From an uncultured Myxococcales bacterium (GTDB taxonomy: Bacteria; Myxococcota; UBA4151), in NCBI GenBank assembly GCA_964013405.1, contig CAXGWI010000033.1, forward strand, positions 1 through 27,025: DNA of 27,025 nt, given 5' to 3'. The notes below the pieces were generated by a model, which searched no databases, was not told the origin of the DNA, and saw nothing but the letters and a program-made list of their open reading frames with translations. The translations under genes and the position numbers were made by a program. This document shows positions 25,764 to 27,025 of this stretch, piece after piece. Every line of letters starts with the position of its first letter. Position 1 is the stretch's first letter.

Positions 25764-27025
25764 AGCTCATCCTCCCCGCGGACTCGACTCTGTCGAAAGG
25801 GGTCACTCAAGGCGAATCGGCGCAGCAGGTCGGTGACCTTCAAGTCGCCATCGATGAAGCTGCGCTCCAGGGCCTCTAGCTGACAGCGATCCAGGGGGCG
25901 GTCCCCCCGGCCCAGTCCATAGATATAGACCTTTTTGACGAAGCACCGAGCCAAGCGGGGATCTTCTGCGAGGATCGTCTGTAACTCACCGGGGCCATTG
26001 AAGTACTGCCCTCCGGGTAACTCGCCGGAGCTGTCCATCTCGGGGCGATAATGTCCGGTGGCGTCAAAAGCCTCCATGCCGAAGCCGATTTGATCCATGA
26101 CGACATGGCAACCCGCGCAGGCTGGGTCGGCCCGGTGCCGTTCCATGCGAGCCCGTAAATCCAAGTGCTCGGCCCCATCTTCTTCGATAAGGCCTTCGAC
26201 GCCCGGTGGGGGGGCGGGCGGCGAGTCGCAGAGCAACTGTTCAAGGACCCACTTCCCCCGCTTCACCGGCGAGGTGCGACGCCGGTAGGAGGTGAGTGTC
26301 AGGAGCCCAGAGCGGGTCAGCAGGCCCCCTCGTTCCGTCGGCGGCGTGGCGATGCGGTACCAATCGGCCAAGCCCGGGACAGGCTCGCCCTCAAGGCTGT
26401 GGCCCTGATGGCGGGCCAAGCGCTCATTGGCAAAGACGGGGCTCTTCGTGAGGAAGTCATCGATGGCCTCGTTACCATCGAAGAGCCAGTGACCCAGAAG
26501 GATGAGTTCTTGGGCCATGCTTTCTCGGAGCGGCTCATCGAAGTCGGGGAAAAGGGTGTAGTCCGGCTCCGAGTGGGCGAGCAGGGGCAACTCAAGCCAT
26601 TGGCTAAAGAAGTCGTGGACCAGACTGGAGGCCTTGGGGTCCCCCAGCATCCGTTCGATTTCGGCGCTCAGCCCATCGTCAGTCTGCAATTGGCCCGCAT
26701 CGGCGGCGGCGAGCAACGCATCGTCTGGGATCGAGCCCCACAAAAGGAGGGCCAGGCGTGCGGCGAGCGCATGGTCGCTAAGGGCCCTGGGCTCGGCCGC
26801 GGCATCGGCTTCTACCAGATAGATAAAGTGGGGTGAGAGGAGGAGCGCCCGCAGTCCCAGCTTCAGGCCTTCTTCCCAACTGTCTCCGGCCGCTGGCGCA
26901 AGGCCTGCGAGTGCGTTGAGCCGGTCCACTTCATTGGCGCTGAGCGGACGACGCCAAGCTCGCCGGCCAAAATCAGTCAGCAGTTGGCGGACGCAGGCCT
27001 CTGTGTCCGGCACGCAGGTGAGCAG
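25760..27025 (-). CDS. DUF1592/DUF1588/DUF1585/DUF1595 (PSD/PSCyt) multi-domain protein, 5' partial
   Basis: FGRRAWRRPL, LLSPHFIY, LAARLALLLWGSIPD, RGGLLT, TSPVKRGKWV, HRADPACAGCH; frame open to the window edge; ATGA overlap with the DUF1552 gene. Confidence 0.92.
   Translation of the reverse strand: MLTCVPDTEACVRQLLTDFGRRAWRRPLSANEVDRLNALAGLAPAAGDSWEEGLKLGLRALLLSPHFIYLVEADAAAEPRALSDHALAARLALLLWGSIPDDALLAAADAGQLQTDDGLSAEIERMLGDPKASSLVHDFFSQWLELPLLAHSEPDYTLFPDFDEPLRESMAQELILLGHWLFDGNEAIDDFLTKSPVFANERLARHQGHSLEGEPVPGLADWYRIATPPTERGGLLTRSGLLTLTSYRRRTSPVKRGKWVLEQLLCDSPPAPPPGVEGLIEEDGAEHLDLRARMERHRADPACAGCHVVMDQIGFGMEAFDATGHYRPEMDSSGELPGGQYFNGPGELQTILAEDPRLARCFVKKVYIYGLGRGDRPLDRCQLEALERSFIDGDLKVTDLLRRFALSDPFRQSRVRGEDEL

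Overview
GC-rich, densely coding bacterial chromosomal segment, most likely from Myxococcota/Deltaproteobacteria (Myxococcus-type Cys-rich repeats, DUF1552/DUF1592 pair, many Cys-rich lipoproteins). Two housekeeping blocks, tgt-(orf)-yajC-secD-secF and tRNA-Pro(GGG)-surE-yqaA-nlpD-like-recG, flank a ~14 kb accessory stretch. That stretch encodes secreted lipoproteins, a PHP phosphoesterase, an outer-membrane barrel, a non-catalytic FGE-fold protein, a small orphan ORF with its own promoter, an alpha/beta hydrolase, an NTT-HEAT transporter with a stand-alone cNMP-binding partner, and a DUF3524/GT4 glycosyltransferase closely resembling eukaryotic GTDC1/QTMAN (tRNA-queuosine mannosyltransferase). 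The most interesting items are the QTMAN-like enzyme in the same window as tgt (linkage unproven), the split NTT-HEAT/cNMP module, and a SecF with a ~185-aa Pro/Gly-rich periplasmic insertion. I saw no mobile element, CRISPR array, RT or defence system. All family assignments come from motif recognition by eye; no searches were run.
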